Positions 31,681 through 34,766 of a DNA stretch of 34,766 nt are shown here, in pieces. The notes beneath the pieces are model-generated. The model was not told the origin of the DNA and ran no database searches. It saw nothing but the letters and a program-made list of their open reading frames with translations. The DNA is from Thelocarpon superellum (Eukaryota): contig JAPEUG010000166.1 of assembly GCA_026025795.1 (NCBI GenBank), positions 1 through 34,766 of the forward strand. The letters run 5' to 3'. Position numbers and translations under genes: made by a program. Numbering within the stretch: position 1 is the stretch's first letter; the number at the start of each line of letters is the position of its first letter.

Positions 31681-34371
31681 ATGCCAGAGCGGGTTCGTAT
31701 CCGCTTCGATGAACGAAGTGAAGACGGTTCGAGCAAGAAGCGGAAGAGAGAGTCTGTGCCGCAGAGCATTCCGCCCTCCCGCCGTCCTATTACTTCACGG
31801 CCCAGTCATCGCCCAAGCAATGATCCGCCCCCAGCAAATTCATCGACGGAACCTCGACATTCTGAGGCCTCGACCAGCGTTCGCCGTGAAAATGAAAGCC
31901 GCCCACACGGTCACGTCCCGCGTCCATCGAAAGTGTCCTTGTCACACATCCAAAAGGCTCATCTCAGTCCTCTAGCTGGCAGACGTGATCAGCACCAGCA
32001 TCATCGTCCACCGTCACCTTTCAGCAGGCCTTCTTCTTCTTCGGCACTTGCCCAGAAGTCGAAGCTGTTGCAGGTGGTCCGCCGCGACTTGCCCATCTGG
32101 TCCCATCAAGACGAGATCCGGCAATGTCTGCGAGAGCGGGACGTGCTGCTGCTGGTGGGAGAGACGGGGAGCGGGAAGAGCACCCAAGTCCCGCAGTTCC
32201 TGCTGAACGAGTCATGGTGCCGGACGCAGCGAGTCAAGGTGGCAAACTCAAGGACCGATGCGAGCCTGCGAGAGCTTCCCGTCGGTGGATGCATTGCCGT
32301 CACCGAGCCTCGTCGGGTCGCCGCCATTTCCCTGGCTCGACGCGTGGCGGCGGAGATGGGCTCGGCGGTGGGCTCTTCATCTCCCGCAAGCCAAGTGGGA
32401 TACTCGGTGCGATTCGATAATTCGACCTCACCCAGCACTCGCATCAAGTTTCTGACGGAGGGAATGTTGTTGCAAGAATTGCTTCGAGATCCCTGGCTGC
32501 GTCAGTACAGTGCGGTGGTAATTGACGAGGTGCACGAGCGAGGGGTCAATGTGGACTTGGTGGTTGGCTTCCTTCGCAACCTGGTGGTAGGAGGAAAGGA
32601 GGGCCGCGGGGGTCATGCGCTCAAGGTCGTCGTCATGAGTGCCACGGCTGATCTGGAGGTGTTGTGTGATTTCTTCGAGGCGGGATATCGGGAACTGACA
32701 GACGCGGATGCTCCCACTGCTGAGACCGGAGAGACTGTGGAATCCGAGTCCAGCTGGTCCGGGATATCCGAGTCGGAAGAAGAGGGGGTGGAAAAGAAGA
32801 CCACCTTGGCCGTGACTGGTTCCCCGACCGACTTGAAATCATACCGCGACCGAGTTCGACTTTGTTCGATCCAAGGACGGCAGTACCCCGTTCAGGTCAT
32901 GTATGCGCCGGCGCCTGTGCAAGATCTCGTGGACGGCACGTTACGGACGATCATGCAGATTCACTGCGGTGAAGCCATGCCCGGCGACATCCTGGTCTTT
33001 CTGACCGGCCAAGAGGACATTGAAGCGGTGGAACGACTGGTGATGGATTGCAACGGGGGACTGAAGCCGGGCGTGCCCAAGGTATGTTTCTATCTAGTTA
33101 TGCGCCCCGGTGCACATGGTACATTCATGTGTACTGATTTGATGCCATCTAGATCATGGTACGGCCGTTATTCGCCGCCTTACCACAGCACGTGCAGCAA
33201 GAAGCCTTTCTACCCGCACCGCATGGCCGCCGAAAGGTCGTACTGGCGACGAACATTGCCGAGACGTCAGTCACCGTGCCAGGCGTGCGTTATGTGGTGG
33301 ATGGCGGAAAGGCCAAGATCAAGCAGTTCCGCTCGCGGCTCGGCCTGGACTCGCTCCTGGCCAAGCCCATCTCCAAGTCGTCGTCGATGCAACGGAAGGG
33401 TCGAGCGGGTCGCGAGGCTCCCGGGAAATGCTACCGACTCTACACCGAGCGAGACTACCTGACGCTGGAGCAGTCCAACACGCCGGAAATCTCGAGGTGT
33501 GACATCACGCCAACGGTCTTGACCATCAAGGCGCGGGGGGTGGAGGACATCCTGTCCTTTCCATTTCTCACGCCGCCTCCGCGCGAAGCGTTGGAAAAGG
33601 CGCTGATGCAGCTATGGACCATCGGGGCGCTGGATGAGAGTGGTGGTGTCAGCTTCCTTGGCGCACAGATGGCGAGACTCCCCTTGGACCCCGCTCTCAG
33701 CCGGGTCTTACTGGCGGCCGCGAGCCCGGACGGCGACTGTCTGCTGGAGGTGATTGACATTATTTCCTGTCTCACGGTGGAGAATCTTTTCCTGAACGTG
33801 ACGTCGGAGGAGCAGAAGGAAGAGGCCGAGGCTGCACGAAGGGAGCTGATTCGACGAGAAGGCGATCATCTCACGCTCCTCACCACGATTCAGAAATACG
33901 GGGCAGAAGAGACGGATCGACGGGCGTGGGCCGAGCGACATTTTGTCTCGCATCGGGCCATGCAAGCCGTGACGGTGAGGATGAATGTCGTGCTTGAGAT
34001 GGGGAGCATACTCTGACACATGGCAGGACGTGCGGAAGCAGTTGCGAGCTCAGTGCCGGCAACAAAAGCTCCTGAAATCCGATCAGGCTCTCGATGACGT
34101 GTCGAGTATGACGAGCGAGCGAGCGAGCACGATCATGAAATGCTTCCTGAAGGGATTCGCATCGAAAACGGCGCGACTGTGTGGAGACGGAAGCTACAAG
34201 ACGATGATGGGCAACCATGCGATTGCCATCCATCCATCGAGCAGTCTATTTGGTCGACGAGTCGAGGCTATCGTGTATAACGAATATCTCTTTACGAACA
34301 AGAGCTATGCGAAGGGGGTGAGCGCGGTGCAGATGGATTGGATCATGCAGGCACTGGGGGTGGGAGACTAG
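31681..34371 (+). CDS. DHR2: DEAH-box ATP-dependent RNA helicase, Dhr2/Prh1/DHX33-like (855 aa); exons 31681-33081, 33153-33974, 34027-34371
   Basis: Motifs GETGSGKSTQ, TEPRRVAA, VGYSVRFD, TEGMLL, DEVHER, MSAT, ILVFLTGQEDI, ATNIAETSVT, QRKGRAGRE, then HA2/OB domains. Introns 33082-33152 and 33975-34026 keep the frame. No Prp22/Prp16-type N-terminal extension. Confidence 0.9.
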
Positions 34372-34766
34372 CTGGGGAGGAATGGACAGTGGAGATGAGG
34401 CATATGTGTATATGTGGCATGTCTTGGTTTGAGGGAAGCTCAATACGTCAAATTGTCGGATTGATCCAAATAGAGAGGACGTGTCCAGGTAACCGCATCG
34501 CAGTAGTCAGTAGTCAGGGATTGGGTGGAGATGGATCCGCCACGCTAGCCAACCGCCGGCCACTCACAGTCCGACCGTACGAGTAAACGCATGCGCCGTA
34601 CGGGCGACGTCAAGACCCGATACGAATCCACTCCCACCGCCGCCTCCCCCTCCCACTCCCCACCACGAGAGAGGAAAGATCGGAGATGAAAGGCGCACCT
34701 CGACTCCTGTACGCAACAGCCACGAGCGCAGGAACGACAAGCGGCTTCAAACCCGCGCCTTTGGCC

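Noticed and set aside
32524..32535. DEVH instead of DEAH in helicase motif II
   Set aside because: Within normal DExH variation; all other motifs are intact.
1..34766. CRISPR arrays, tRNA/rRNA/snRNA genes, intact transposons
   Set aside because: Eukaryotic gene-dense sequence with no spaced repeat arrays, no recognisable RNA-gene signatures and no transposase/RT/integrase motifs visible by eye.

Overview
Gene-dense genomic DNA from a filamentous ascomycete (Pezizomycotina-like: high GC, short 49-88 bp GT-AG introns with CTRAY-type branch sites). From left to right it holds: the 3' end of a D-serine dehydratase gene carrying an in-frame TAG and a run of G>A/C>T departures from the family consensus (probable pseudogene); a conserved fungal hypothetical gene; APC2 (5 exons); an island of three secreted or GPI-type proteins, one with a beta/gamma-crystallin-like motif; about 6 kb without a convincing gene; an atypical C2H2 transcription factor; a divergent GTPBP1/2-type translational GTPase; an orphan ORF; a stand-alone NIF3/YqfO PII-like domain gene head-to-head with MTQ2; SmD1; PKR1; and the DEAH helicase DHR2. 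Exon structures were worked out by hand. I found no transposase, tRNA, rRNA or CRISPR array. The best leads are (i) the stop-interrupted D-serine dehydratase (RIP damage versus restorative A-to-I editing) and (ii) a ~180-nt structured element upstream of DHR2 that carries TPP-aptamer motifs in the right order but with atypical insertions. Family assignments come from recalled motifs, not from database searches.
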